A stretch of DNA of 64,000 nucleotides from positions 27,447,469 through 27,511,468 of the forward strand of contig CM119264.1 of the NCBI GenBank assembly GCA_051294375.1. Reading direction: 5' to 3'. Below are positions 1-11,714 of this stretch, one piece after another. The notes beneath the pieces were generated by a model. That model was not told where the DNA came from. It ran no database searches and saw nothing but the letters and a program-made list of their open reading frames with translations. Position 1 is the first letter of the stretch. Each line of letters begins with the position of its first letter. The translations under genes were made by a program, and so were the position numbers. Source of the DNA: Paraspadella gotoi (Eukaryota; Animalia; Chaetognatha).

Positions 1-551
1 GAACAAGTCTGGATAAATACCTACATATATATTAAAATTATTCATTTATACAGAACGCATTTTGTATGTAAATGGAAACATATTGTATGAAGTTATGAAC
101 AACCTGAAGCGACGATCATAACAACGTCGGCGACGACAACAACAACAATCGATTATGCGCGATTCGTCGTCGTCATCGTCGTCGTCGACCTCATCGATNN
201 NNNNNNNNTTAAATCGTTTATAACTTAGTTTAAAGCTGAGATTATTTCAAATGTTAATCGGCGATTTGTCGTGCTTCTTNNNNNNNNNNNNNNNNNNNNN
301 NNNNGACGACGATGACGACGACGAATCGCGCATATCGATTGTTGTTGTTGTCGTCGCCGACGTTTGTTATGATCGTCGCTTCAAGGTTGTTCATACAATA
401 TGTTTCCATTTACATACAAAATGCGTTCTGTATAAATGAATAATTTTAATATATATGTAGGTATTTATCCAGACTTGTTCGAAGAAGCACGACAAATCGC
501 CGATTAACATTTGAATAATCTCAGCTTTAAAACTAAGTTATAAACGATTTA
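1..551. repeat. Scrambled inverted duplication broken by N gaps (likely assembly artefact)
   Basis: 1-~190 is the reverse complement of ~305-480, and 209-279 is the reverse complement of ~482-551. N runs lie at both junctions. Confidence 0.85.
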
Positions 552-1610
552 ATAAAGAGAAATAAAAAGAGTCGACAAGGAGCTTCGATACCGGGACAAA
601 GTCAAGAACTGTGGCTCAGTGGTTGGCACAACCTGACTTACTTACATACTTTACATATTCCAATTATATTAATTTATTATGACATGATATTATAATCATG
701 TTAGAAACAAAAGAACATCATAATCATTTATATTTTACTAGATCACACTATAGTAGTTCTATAGTTTACATCGTTAATGAGTTTATTTCTTTGTCTTCTT
801 AGCAAAGGGAGTTCTTTTACATTGTTAAATGTATACTGTCACAGTAAAGGGTCACCTGAGAAATGCGCGCTAAATACTGGAGTGTTTTTACAATATTAAT
901 AAGTTATCAAATAAATTATAATTTAAAATTCTCTGATTGCCCTCCTAGTCTAAAATGAATTTTAAAAATTAAGATTTAAATCCCGATTATTCGACGAAAA
1001 AAAAAGGAAAAAGATTTGAACGCCTTAGACGTAAAGAATACAAAGGGTCCCGAGTTCCATCACGAAAAGCCACGATTCCACCAATTTTGCTAAAATCGCA
1101 ATTTTTCCGAGATTCTGATTTTCGGTGTTTTTTTTTTTTTGCGGTGACTCGATGAGATGGGGGTTTTTTTTGGTCGGTCTGTCTGTTATTTATCCGTCTG
1201 GTAATATTGAGTTGAAGGAATTAATATTTAAAAAACAAATAAATAAAAAATTTTATTGTAAGTGATTGTTTTTTTTAAATGCAGACTTGATGTGACTGAA
1301 AAAGTGTTTTTAATTACTGATAAAATTTCAAAACGATTGTATTTCTGAGCCACGACTAATGGAAAACTTATAAGGCGTCCTTTGTTATTTTCCCTTCTTC
1401 CAGTTTTTTTGGCGAAAAACAAAATGTTTTCTCCTTTCCCGACGACGTCAAGGGTTTTTAATTCACAAGCTTCTTCTACATCCCCAGCGACGTCACTGAC
1501 GACGATTCTCAAAAGGAGAAAAAAAAAGGCAGCACGTGCATCTCGGCGAGGTTTCGGCCCTCCACCCACGAAGCGAGAGAGAGAGGGGGAAAGAGAATGG
1601 GGATAAAGGG

Positions 1611-1675
<65 letters not shown>

Positions 1676-1799
1676 AGAGAGAAGAGAGAGAGATAGAGAG
1701 AGAGAGAGTGCCTAGTTTGTGATCGGCAAAAAAGACAGTAAGTCGACCTCATCGATTTGATGGTCATGAATGATGCAAAGATCTCCCTCTTGTTTCTCC

Positions 1800-2465
1800 G
1801 AGTCCTCGTGTCGTCGTCTTCCTCTTAGTCGTCGATGTAAACAACGTCAACTTCTCAACTTCTCAGGTCTACTGATGTTTTGGCTTCGTTGTTATCATCG
1901 TCGTCTTTTGTCATCATCGTCGTCTTTGTCATCATCGTCGTCAATTTCTAAGGACCTGTTATGTTTTGGCTTTTGTCGTCATCGTTGTTATTTTCATTGT
2001 CGTCATCTTCATCCTTATTGTCGTCGTCGTCATCGTCATCGTCAACTTCTCAGGTCTTGCGATGTTTTGACTTCGTTGTTGTCTTCGTTATTGCGTCGTG
2101 GTCGTCATCTGTGTCGTCATCTTTGTCGTCGTCGTCATCAGCGACATTATCATCGTCGTCGTCGTCATCGTCATTGTCATCAACTCATCCAGTGATGTTC
2201 ATCGTCATCTTTTTCATCTCCGTCATCATGGTCGTCGTCTTCATCGTCTTCGTTTTCGTCATCTTTGTCGTCCATATTGTCTTCATCGTCGTCATTATCG
2301 TCATCTTCGTCGTCGTCGTCACCTTAGCAGGTCCAGTGATGTTTTGGCTTCGAAAGGAAATTCATTAAAGATTCATCTCAATCCTTCGTCCCTCGAGTTT
2401 TGGCTGTTGTCGTCGTCGTTGTTGTTGTTGTTGTCGTCGTTGTTGTTGTCGTCGTTTGCGTCATG
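1800..2465. repeat. (GTC/ATC)n low-complexity tract with a recurring ~25-nt unit
   Basis: TCG/TCA triplet runs interrupted by variants of CAGGTC..TGATGTTTTGGCTTCG near 1862, 1952, 2050 and 2328. Confidence 0.75.
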
Positions 2466-2887
2466 TCGTCTTGATCACGCTTTTCATAGCCATTTCTTTT
2501 ATACCTAATCGTTTTATCATTCATTGAACATTCTTTTTTATTGTACTTTCTTTGCTCTTAGTTTTATACATAGATTTTTATTAACGTGGAGAATCATAGT
2601 ATCATAATCTCACACTTGCTTTCTTTGCAAGACGACTCAACATTCTCGCCTGAATCTCTGACGTATATATTCACCTGCATTCAAACTTGTTTTTTTTTTC
2701 TCCAAACTCTTTTGTGAAACTTTTTTCATTCCTCAAGGTTTTTTCCGAAACGATTTTATTTTTAAACCGCATTTTCCTAAAAAAAGTATGTTTTGGCTGA
2801 ATAAGCTTTTGAATTCTTTTCTATATGTGTCGATTTAAAGAACTCGCTAATTAACATCATAAAAGTTTAAAGTCCTTTTGTTATTTA

Positions 2888-3152
2888 AGTAGATAAGGCG
2901 CGAAGTGGGCTACTATCCGTAGCTTCCATGCCCCCTCAGCAGCCATGGAACGGGTCCTGGGCTTGGTTCAAGACTCGAGGGTTTTCCACGCCGCTAAGGC
3001 AATTTCCAGCCGTCCTCAGGCTTCCAGCGGGGTAGGTACAGGGTTGGGATTGAACCCGGTACATATTGGTCATGAGCGGATTGCTTTACTCAATGAGCCA
3101 CCGGGTCACAACAGAAAGTGTCATGCTTACAGGGCAATATAGGCGGACTACA
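2888..3152 (-). mobile_element. Probable solo LTR of the tRNA-promoter element family (ribozyme region degenerate)
   Basis: Minus strand runs TGTAG...CTACT and is flanked by TTTA (2884-2887, 3153-3156). A box TGGCTCATTGAGT 3100-3088, B box GGTTCAATCCC 3056-3046. Only partial twister-like motifs remain (TGAG-GAC-GG...CTTA-GC...CCAAGC). Confidence 0.55.
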
Positions 3153-3715
3153 TTTATACCGAGATGAGCGTTGAGTCAAGTAATATTATCCCATCAAACG
3201 TTGGTTTTCGAAAGATTTCGAGGAAAAAGACTTGAAAAAAATATTTTTGTTAACATGTGATACATCAAGAAACAATTTCACCCAAACGAGAAACAAATTT
3301 GTGATCATCGTGTTTTTTGTTAGAAAGATTAATTAGGAAAAAAAAAAAGATATAAATTGAACTAAAGGAAAAACAATAAAAGGAGAAAAAAAGGAACAAA
3401 AAAAGGTTAAAAAAAGGAAGAAATAAAAAGAAGAAATTAGCATTTTTCTTTGGGAATTTGGCGAAGGGAAGGGAACTCAGTAGGAGTGTCGCAGTGTTAG
3501 AGTTAGAGACCGGAGGCAGGTCCAAGGGTGTTGAGAAGATACGAGAGCTGTGGAGCCGAGTGTAGTCGACCCTTGAGGAGTAGACTATAGAGGAGTGGAC
3601 TCTAGATCCATAAAACCACGAAATCTTAAAATCATTGGCCCCTTTAACCAGGACCCAAGGAACTCAGTGATTTGTCATTTGGAGAATACTTCCCTCTTTC
3701 ACATCCAAAGGAGGA

Positions 3716-3787
<72 letters not shown>

Positions 3788-3854
3788 CACAATCCATCAA
3801 CCATTCACAAAAATATTTTGTCATTTTATTTTCTTTCTCAACACAGTCGTCGTC

Positions 3855-3888
<34 letters not shown>

Positions 3889-4130
3889 TTTTTGTCATCG
3901 TTTTAATCCTCGTTGTTTTAAATATTTCACTTCACATCAACGACTTGTTCTTGCAGTAATGGTTGCAGTAATCACGCATATATTAAAGCCGAAAAAAAAT
4001 ATATAAATAAATTTATCATCTTGTTAAACTGATTTTGTTAAATTTGTCCCTGTCATTTAATGTTATTGCAGACATCGTCGTCATCATCGTCGTGGGCCTT
4101 GTTTACGTGGCATTTTAATTGAACCACCGA

Positions 4131-4199
<69 letters not shown>

Positions 4200-4689
4200 A
4201 CAATCAGGTTGGATAAAGAAAGCTAAAATATTTTTTCTAAATTGAATTTTTTTCTATTTCTAGTTTTTTTTTCATCCATCCGTCCGTCCATCTCCCCTCC
4301 CATCCATCTAATCATCCATCCATCCTTCTATCTATCCATCCATACCAACATCCATCCTTCTTTCTTCTGTTAAATTTTTGCTTTTGTTCCTTCTTCTTTT
4401 TCATCGAATGGTCGTAAAATCCTTGAGAAAATTGTATGTTAACGCTCTTTCTTATTCACTATTCACTCCTAACCAACCGCCCTATCTCTATCTTCCCCCC
4501 TAACCTCCCTCTTCGCCCTTCCTTCCCCTAAATCCGTTCAATCTCCGCCAAAGATCGAATTCCCTTTCAAATCCCATTTACTTTTTCCCTTTTTTTTCCA
4601 TTTAAATCCTACTTAGTATTACGCCTCCCCTTAAGACTTGTTCAACCACCCTCCCCTTAAGGATTTGAATCTCGACCATCCCCTTAAAA

Positions 4690-4969
4690 CAGTAGCGTAC
4701 ATAGAGAAGTAGTGGGCACCCAGGAAGCCAAGCACTTGTCACCCCTTAAGGTTAACTTAATTTAATAAAAAAAGAATAAGGTTTGGGTACTTTTAAAATC
4801 CCAAATCACCGTATGGACATATTATGTTTTTATTCTAAAATTTCCTACTGGTACAAAAATATTTTACATACATAGTTAAAAGCTATTAGGTAGTTCTCTT
4901 ATATTTTTTTCCTCAGAACCCCGGGCCCCTCGGGTTTGTAGAGGGTGTCTACCCCTCCACACACTCCTG
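4690..4969. mobile_element. Non-autonomous hAT-type MITE, 280 bp
   Basis: Perfect 8-bp TSD CCTTAAAA (4682-4689, 4970-4977). Imperfect TIRs CAGTAGCGT / CAGGAGTGT (7/9). Confidence 0.7.
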
Positions 4970-6302
4970 CCTTAAAACTTCCCTTTTATAGAAATCTTTT
5001 CCCTTCCATCCCTCAAGAGTCGCCATCTTTTTCCTCCTCGGAAAAAAAAGGACAACCGAGATTTTCTCCTCTTTCCAGATTTTACATCTTTTTTATGTCA
5101 GATCCTCATTCTGGCATTTACGACTTTTCTCTCCTCTTTGCCTCTCTTTTTCTTTTCTTTTCTTTTCTTTTCTCTTTCTTTTATATATTTTCTTTTCTTT
5201 TATTTGCTTCTCTTTTCTCGTTCTTTTATATCTTTTCTTTTCTTTTCTCTTTCTTTTATATCTTTTCTTTTCTTCTTTTTTCTCTTTCTTTTATATCTTT
5301 TCTTTTCTTTTCTTTCCCTTTTTCTTGTTGTTTTTATTTTCCTCCAAAGGGAATCAAGGAAGACGCAGGGATTCATAAAAAGACGAATATTTTACGGGGA
5401 TTTTTTTCACTCGCATCTTCAGAAGACAATTTTTTGGTTGGCAAAATAATGTCGCTTTCTCTCTAGAATATCCTTATCTGTTCTACCTCTCTCTCTCTCT
5501 CTCTCCCTTTCTCTCTCTCTTTCTCTTTCTCTCTATTGATTAAGGCAATTTTTGGTCGCCGGTTAATAGTGTCGCTTCCTCTTGTAACTCTCTCTCTCTC
5601 CGGTTAAATAACAAATTTTATTTAAATTTTGCTTAAATAATTGATAAATATTTAGTTATTTTACGAAATCAGACGAGATTTTATTCGAATTTTTCGCCCA
5701 GTAACTGTGATATCCCATAAGGAAATATACATAAGTATGGAATATTCACTGTAGATATTAGGTATCTAAGACATAAATTGCCACTTTTGTACTTTCCTTC
5801 AAAGACCATTTTTTTCCATCCATCCTTCGACCCTCCATATCTAAACACATCCATCCCTTTTTCCCGCTTCTACTTTTCAAAAATTTCCATTACATTTTGT
5901 GAACTCGAAAATCCGAATCGTCTGCTCCAATTTTCATCTTTCTTTTTTTTTCTTTTTCCACTTTCGCTTCCATCTTTCACTTAATAAGTCCTTTTTTCCC
6001 AAAAAAAGCATCTTTTCCTTTTTTTTATTCCTTTTTTTGTGGTTTAAAAGCGTTTTGATCCTTTTTTTCTCTCTCCCTTTATCCACTTTTTTTCCCTATT
6101 ATTAATATTAATATTATTAATCTTATTATTATTAATATTAACGAACATTTTTGTCATTTTTTTCTTTAAATTTTCTTTTTATTTTCTTTCTTTTTAAACT
6201 TTTGCTTGAATTTCTTTCGTAATTATCTTCCTCGAATTTTTCTTTCGCCGTTTTATTCGCATCCTCTTTTCAAAAACTCCACAGTTGTTTATCCTGACGA
6301 TC

Positions 6303-6426
<124 letters not shown>

Positions 6427-7370
6427 CAAATTACTTCTTCAATCCCCTATTCTTAGTTCTCAGTTCCCTCTTTCCCTACGACGCTAATTTTAGTTTCTGA
6501 GAACAAGTTTTTCCCGCCCGGGTCCTCGGGGAATTAACGCCGCCGGGGCAATTTAGCGGCGTCAGCGGCGACGGCGTCAGCGCCAGCGGCAGCAGCGGCG
6601 GCGACTCTTCACGAGTCTGAGAAATGGAAATTTCTCTTTCCCCATAACACCTCCCCGCCCCCCAAAACCTTAGAAGGCCCATCTCCTTCCTCATACTTCT
6701 GTCGTCCCAAACTGTGTCTATGATCATCTATCACCATCATCGTCGCCATTTTCTCCATCAATTCGTTCATCTTTCCCCATCATCTTCCACCATCAATTAC
6801 CACTTTTACAACAGCTTCTTCCTCAGCCTCTTCTCTTAAACTTTGTTTCCTCCTGTTTTTTTTTCTCTTTGCGTGAAAACTTAAAAAGGTGGCATCGCAA
6901 CGCCAATTCCTTGCAGAGCAAAGTGGACCAATTGTGGACTATTCCGTCAGATGTGAATAAGAAAAATCAACATTCAACTGTTTAACGTTAAAGTTTAAAT
7001 TTATAAATTTATAAAAATAACCAATTTAAAAAAAAATATAAATTCACTCAATAAACATGGAACAATCCGTCTTGCTCCTCTTACAAGATAATAACATAAA
7101 AGTTTTCGGTAACGTAACAATTTTCAATCAACGGACTTGACTTTTGGTTTCAGTTGTTAGTATTTATTCTTCGCTTGAAACTATTAGTTGTCAGTTGTAA
7201 GCTTTTAGCGTTTTTATCTAAGTCTTTAGTCTTAAGTAGTTTTTTTTATCTTAGCTCATAACGGTCAGTCTTACTTTCGCTTTCTTGGCATTGCTAGTCC
7301 GTCAGTCAAGCGAAATATAAGAAAAAAAAACCGTTATAATATACAAAAAACATTTTGTTTGTGGATGAAT

Positions 7371-7730
7371 TCAAAGAAAGCTTTGAACAAAAGTACATTT
7401 AATCAATATTTGTGAATAGCTATTTTTAATAGAAGTAACGAATAATTCCGCGAATTGAATCGTGATGAAAACAAACCAAGTTTCTTCTTCTCCTCTTCGC
7501 GTATTTGTTCCGCGCGAAACAAATAGTCGCCATAAAAACTTGATGGTTCTTTGAGATTCCCCGGCGTCGGGAACGTCTTGGGCTTGAGTGGCGGCGGTAA
7601 TAGCGGCGGAATTAGTAAGAGTGGCGGCGCTGATGGCGGCGGTCATGGCGGAAGAGTCGGCGGCGGCGGCGGCGGCGGCCGCTGATGCCGCGAAGCAAAC
7701 TGAATCATCATAATTGCCACTCGAGCACAT
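7371..7730 (-). other. Possible coding-exon fragment (poly-Ala), unidentified
   Basis: GC-rich open frame in an AT-rich background. No recognisable domain; splice sites not established. Confidence 0.2.
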
Positions 7731-9278
7731 GGAAATTTCGATTTTATGAATTTGAGATACTGAGACGACTTACCACCGGTCTCTCTCTCTAAACGATACA
7801 AACAATAGAATACAATAAAAACTAATAGAGTTCATCCAACTATTACGTTCTGTCAAAATTTTTTCTCCTCTTGTCTTTCTCTCTATCTCTGAATCATTTA
7901 ATTAATCTATTGTCAGTCAGAGTCATCGATGATTTTATCATTTTTTTTCTTCCTCGAATTCATCATCGTCAATGTTTCGTCGTCGTCGTCGTCGACGACA
8001 TTTCCGGCGCAATAACCATTTTTATTGACGTTCAATTCTCGTGGCGACGTGGCGGACAGCATCGGCGCCACGTTGGTCATAATCGGAAGAAATCATTTGT
8101 GGGTCGGAATCTAGTGAGAAAATAAAATTGTTTCCCTTTAACAGTTGCTTTCAGTTATCGTCCGCGTCGTGGTCGTCATTTTCGTCGTCATTGCGATAAT
8201 CTTAAACGCCTAAAAAGAAGTTCATTCATCCTCATTAAGGAGGAGACAATGGGGGCGAATCTCTCAGGAGAGGCGACGCCGGTGGAAAGAGTGAGAAATA
8301 ACCTGGGAGTGTCGACACAGGGGTGAAGGAATGGGAGATCGTAAGAGTGTCAAACTTAGAGGAAAAGTGGAGGAGGAAAGGAAACGTTTATGTAATATGT
8401 AGGGATGCGCATCGTTCGAATCGAAGTTCCGATCAAGATTCCTTTATATTTCACTTCTATTCAAAACTGCATAATCAAGGCCCCAACAAATTATATCAAT
8501 ATGGGCATATTTTGAAAGCGTGGCGTCTTGGGAAGCCAACGAAGGTAGAGCGCGATCGAAATTCCCATTTTATCATGGCCCAAAAATGGTATTTAAATGG
8601 ACTGGTCAGGCCGTTTTTTCCCTTTTCCCAAAAAACCTGCTAGATCTTTTGTAAAATAGAACAAATCATAAATATCAGTACGGTTTCGAATAGCTTATTG
8701 TATTATTGTCTTCTTTTAGGTGAAAACTGCAGTCAAGCAGTCAAACTGAGAATATTGTTAATTTAGTCGTGTAAGATAAATGGATAAATGAAGAATGAAT
8801 GTCGAGGATGAATTCTTTATTATAGGAAAATTGAAATTAAACAATGAGTTTAGTTTGGAGGATGTGAGTCCCGGTTAAGGAGAAGTTTCGCATTAGAGAT
8901 TCCGTAACCGGTAAAAATTAACCGTTAGTAACGGTGAAAATTTTTTTTTAACTTAACCGTTAATTTTTTTATTTTAACGGTTAAATTCGGTTAAATTTTA
9001 TTTTTTCTAATTTAGATATTTTGGTAAAAAATATTTGGGTTTTCTTTAACTTATTATGTTTTTAGAGAAATTTTTCTTTAAAAGAAAGTGAAGGGCTTAA
9101 ATCAGACTCACTTTTTTTAAAAATATAAATATAAGTTTTTATATTTATAAAAAGTTTGAAATTTTATTTCAACAACGATTTTATTTCATAAAAAAAACGT
9201 ACATGTTTCGACTCTTGTTACGAGTCTTCATCAGCGTTATCAAGTTTTTGAAATGGTATACAAAATTTGTGCAAAAGA

Positions 9279-9316
<38 letters not shown>

Positions 9317-9364
9317 AAGAGAGAAATAGAACGAGGCCCGGCGCTTCTTTTTTCGGGTCAAGGG

Positions 9365-9585
9365 TCAAGAGTTGAGCCTCAGAATAGATTCTGTCCCGAA
9401 TTCGATCGTGGCGGCCTCCCCTAACTCCCTGGTCGTCGTGACAGTGCATGGCTTGGTCTCCGTGCTCATCCTCCTCGCGCTCGCAGGTTTCAATGGCGCT
9501 ATTATCTGCTCTGCGATTCTGCCGCTCTCTGCCACTGCTGCTGCCGCGTTAACTCCCGATCCCGAGCCGAAGCTGCACTCGTCAA
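9365..9585 (-). CDS. Candidate terminal coding exon of an unidentified gene
   Basis: Pyrimidine tract + CAG acceptor at 9588-9586, then open frame DECSFGSGSGVNAAAAVAESGRIAEQII...ILRLNS* to TGA 9367-9365. No homology recognised. Confidence 0.3.
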
Positions 9586-9682
9586 CTGAATCAAGATAAA
9601 CAGGAAAAAAAAAAGAACATCGGTTTTGCTAGTAACCTGACGAAAAAGATTTTCCTTTAGTTTCTTATTAAATAAAAATTTC

Positions 9683-9945
9683 ATTCTATGGTGGACTAAA
9701 ACCCACCAACCGTTCATCAGCGGCCATTGGTGCCGGAGGCAAGTCATTCGCCTCCCAACCCAAAGGTCCGGGGTTCTAGCCCGGTGGTCGTCTGGCAGTT
9801 TAGAGGGACGGGGCGCTTAACCCGCCTGTAACATGGTGTTACAGCCTGATCCGAAGCTCAGGGACTGCTTATATTGAACGGTTCTATCACTAACTCATAA
9901 CAATAATTACTGTCTCTTCAATTCTTCCCTTTTTTAATTTTTATG
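9683..9945 (+). mobile_element. tRNA-derived SINE-like element carrying a twister-like ribozyme
   Basis: A-box-like TGGTGCCGGAGG (~9728) and B box GGTTCTAGCCC (~9772). 15-bp direct repeat TTAAATAAAAATTTC at 9668-9682 and 9946-9960. Confidence 0.7.
9794..9869 (+). ncRNA. Candidate type-P5 twister ribozyme
   Basis: P5 GGCAGTT/GACTGCT; GAC-GG (9807-9811); T^AA at 9818-9820; GC; P3 CTGTAACA/TGTTACAG; P4 CCTGA/TCAGG closing loop TCCGAAGC. P2 is one base short (CCC vs GAGG). Confidence 0.75.
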
Positions 9946-11096
9946 TTAAATAAAAATTTCGCGATAATAACTGGACTATTTCACTTTACCCTGACCGTTT
10001 GATATGTAAATGGCTAAATACAAGAAAAAGAAAAAAAATTGCGAGCCCTTCAGACATATGGCTATCGGATTCCTGAATTCGAAGTTTATTGTAAAATCAC
10101 AACATATCTTAAATGCGTTGACATTGTATTGAAGTTGAGAAATCCCTTTATTATATAAAAATTGAGTCAAAAGTATTTTCCCGAGCGGACCAGTCCATTT
10201 GAAAAAGTCTTCCTCGATTTCTAAGAACGACGTAGACTCCTAATATAACGCTATTTCTTTTTAATTTTGAAAAAATATAAATGAAAAGTATAGAGTTATC
10301 GAAAAACTATTGAAAAACTTGAAAAACTATTGAAAAACTTGAATTGGTTTAGGCAATAGAATATAGCAAGACTTTAAAGTCAGAGTCTCAAACGGAATTG
10401 GGAAAAAATTATTTCCAAAGTTTTAGAGTTTATGACACTTCTTTTTCTGACTGGTGTTTACAATATAGAATTGACAAAATCATAATGGAATTAAACCTAT
10501 AAAAGGGTCGGCAATAAATTTGCTTTACTTTTCTATAAATATATTTTTAGCAGATTCGAAAAAACGAAAGTTTTTAATATTTTTACAACGAATTTTATTA
10601 CTAATTATTGGACATATTTCGACTCTTGTTTTGTTCGAGTCTTATGAACAATGAAAAGAGAGAAAATACACAAAAATATTTTTTTAATTCCTACAAAATA
10701 TAGTATATTTATTAATAAATTCTGAAAAGTGAAAACAATCATTTTAAAAAAAAATATCTTAAAATCAAAAAGTACTTTTATGACAAAAATAAAAAAATTC
10801 GTTTTAATATAATTGTGAGATTTTATTTTAGTCTGCTTCAACACGAGATGCCATAAGAAAAAAAACCTAGATGTGAAAAAACTTTGAAAGTAATCTTGGG
10901 TAACCATAGCCAATGAAATTTAAATTATAATGTATACAGCATTAAAATAGTTTTTCATGAGCATAGATTATGGTAGGGGTAGCCTTATTCAATGGGTGAG
11001 TCTAAAATTTAGAATGAGTACATGCTCAAACGAAATTCTTATACATTATGGCAACGGGAGTAGCCTGTGATACCCGGGGCGCGGGTATCTCACCAA

Positions 11097-11175
11097 CTGG
11101 CATAGGGCTGCGGACCCTCAGTGACCGCCTCCTGTCACTGGCATGTTTATACCGGCACCATCACATTTAAGCCAG
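11097..11175 (-). ncRNA. Candidate type-P5 twister ribozyme in the 3' LTR
   Basis: Minus strand CTGGC-TTAA-ATGT-GAT-GG-TGCCGGTA-T^AA-ACAT-GC-CAGTGAC..GTCACTG-AGGG-TCCGCAGC-CCT-AT-GCCAG. P5, P2, P3, P4 and both pseudoknots can form. Predicted cut between 11149 and 11148. Confidence 0.75.
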
Positions 11176-11189
11176 AACCGGGATACCCA

Positions 11190-11242
11190 GGGATTGAACC
11201 CGGACGCACGGATGGAATGAGATGATTTAGCCTGCTCAGCCA
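11190..11242 (-). promoter_or_regulatory. Type-2 Pol III promoter (A and B boxes) in the 3' LTR
   Basis: A box TGGCTGAGCAGG 11242-11231 and B box GGTTCAATCCC 11200-11190, with tRNA-like 30-nt spacing. Confidence 0.8.
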
Positions 11243-11298
11243 TTGAGACGAGGCTGAGGACGGACAGCAGTGAGGCAGCTTTAAGTCTTGCTGCCACA

Positions 11299-11311
11299 GG
11301 ATCCCCCCACC
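11299..11311 (-). other. Polypurine tract
   Basis: GGTGGGGGGATCC immediately precedes the TG of the 3' LTR on the minus strand. Confidence 0.75.
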
Positions 11312-11499
11312 AGACTTCTCCACAGGGGCCTCAATCCTGAGGAGATGTCTGAGAGAAGGTTTTGATCTCATTGCCATAGTGAGAGCGAGCGGGCGAGCGA
11401 GTCTGGAGCGTTACCAGAGAAGTAGGGCATAGGCGTGATATGCATACCCTAAGCGACGTAAGCGTGGGCGCACGGTGCGCAGCGGTTGCGTGTTCGAGA

Positions 11500-11512
11500 G
11501 TCGGGCTCACCA
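11500..11512 (-). other. Primer-binding site
   Basis: TGGTGAGCCCGAC starts 2 nt after the 5' LTR; TGG is complementary to the tRNA CCA end. It resembles a tRNA-Arg-type PBS (unverified). Confidence 0.7.
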
Positions 11513-11567
11513 CTTATGGCAACAGGAGGATAGCCTGTGATACCCGGGGCGCGGGGTATCTCACCAA

Positions 11568-11647
11568 CTGGCGTAGGGGCTGCGGACCCTCAGTGACCGC
11601 CTCCTGTCACTGGCATGTTTATACCGGCACCGTCACATTTAAGCCAG
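11568..11647 (-). ncRNA. Candidate type-P5 twister ribozyme in the 5' LTR
   Basis: Same architecture as 11097-11175, with GAC-GG and a full 4-bp P4 AGGG/CCCT. Predicted cut between 11621 and 11620. Confidence 0.78.
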
Positions 11648-11661
11648 AACCGGGATACCCA

Positions 11662-11714
11662 GGGATTGAACCCGGGACGCACGATGGAATGAGATGATTT
11701 AGCCTGCTCAGCCA
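11662..11714 (-). promoter_or_regulatory. Type-2 Pol III promoter (A and B boxes) in the 5' LTR
   Basis: A box TGGCTGAGCAGG 11714-11703 and B box GGTTCAATCCC 11672-11662. Confidence 0.8.

Noticed and set aside
1-551. Biological foldback or hairpin element
   Set aside because: Arm order (A,B,A',B') is inconsistent with a simple palindrome and every junction is an N gap.
610-640. GTGGCTCAGTGGTT resembling a tRNA D-arm/A box
   Set aside because: No B box or cloverleaf follows.
2995-3025. Hammerhead-like CTGAGGA...GAAA (minus), and CTGAGGA near 11254 (plus)
   Set aside because: Stems II and III and an NUH site could not be built; the second case has no GAAA.
8400-9000. TAGGGATG/TAGAGAT hAT-like ends with AACCG subterminal repeats
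   Set aside because: No matching opposite terminus or TSD found.
11190-11250. Bona fide tRNA genes at the A/B-box sites
   Set aside because: No complete cloverleaf or acceptor stem. All sit inside repeat elements and lack a nearby terminator.
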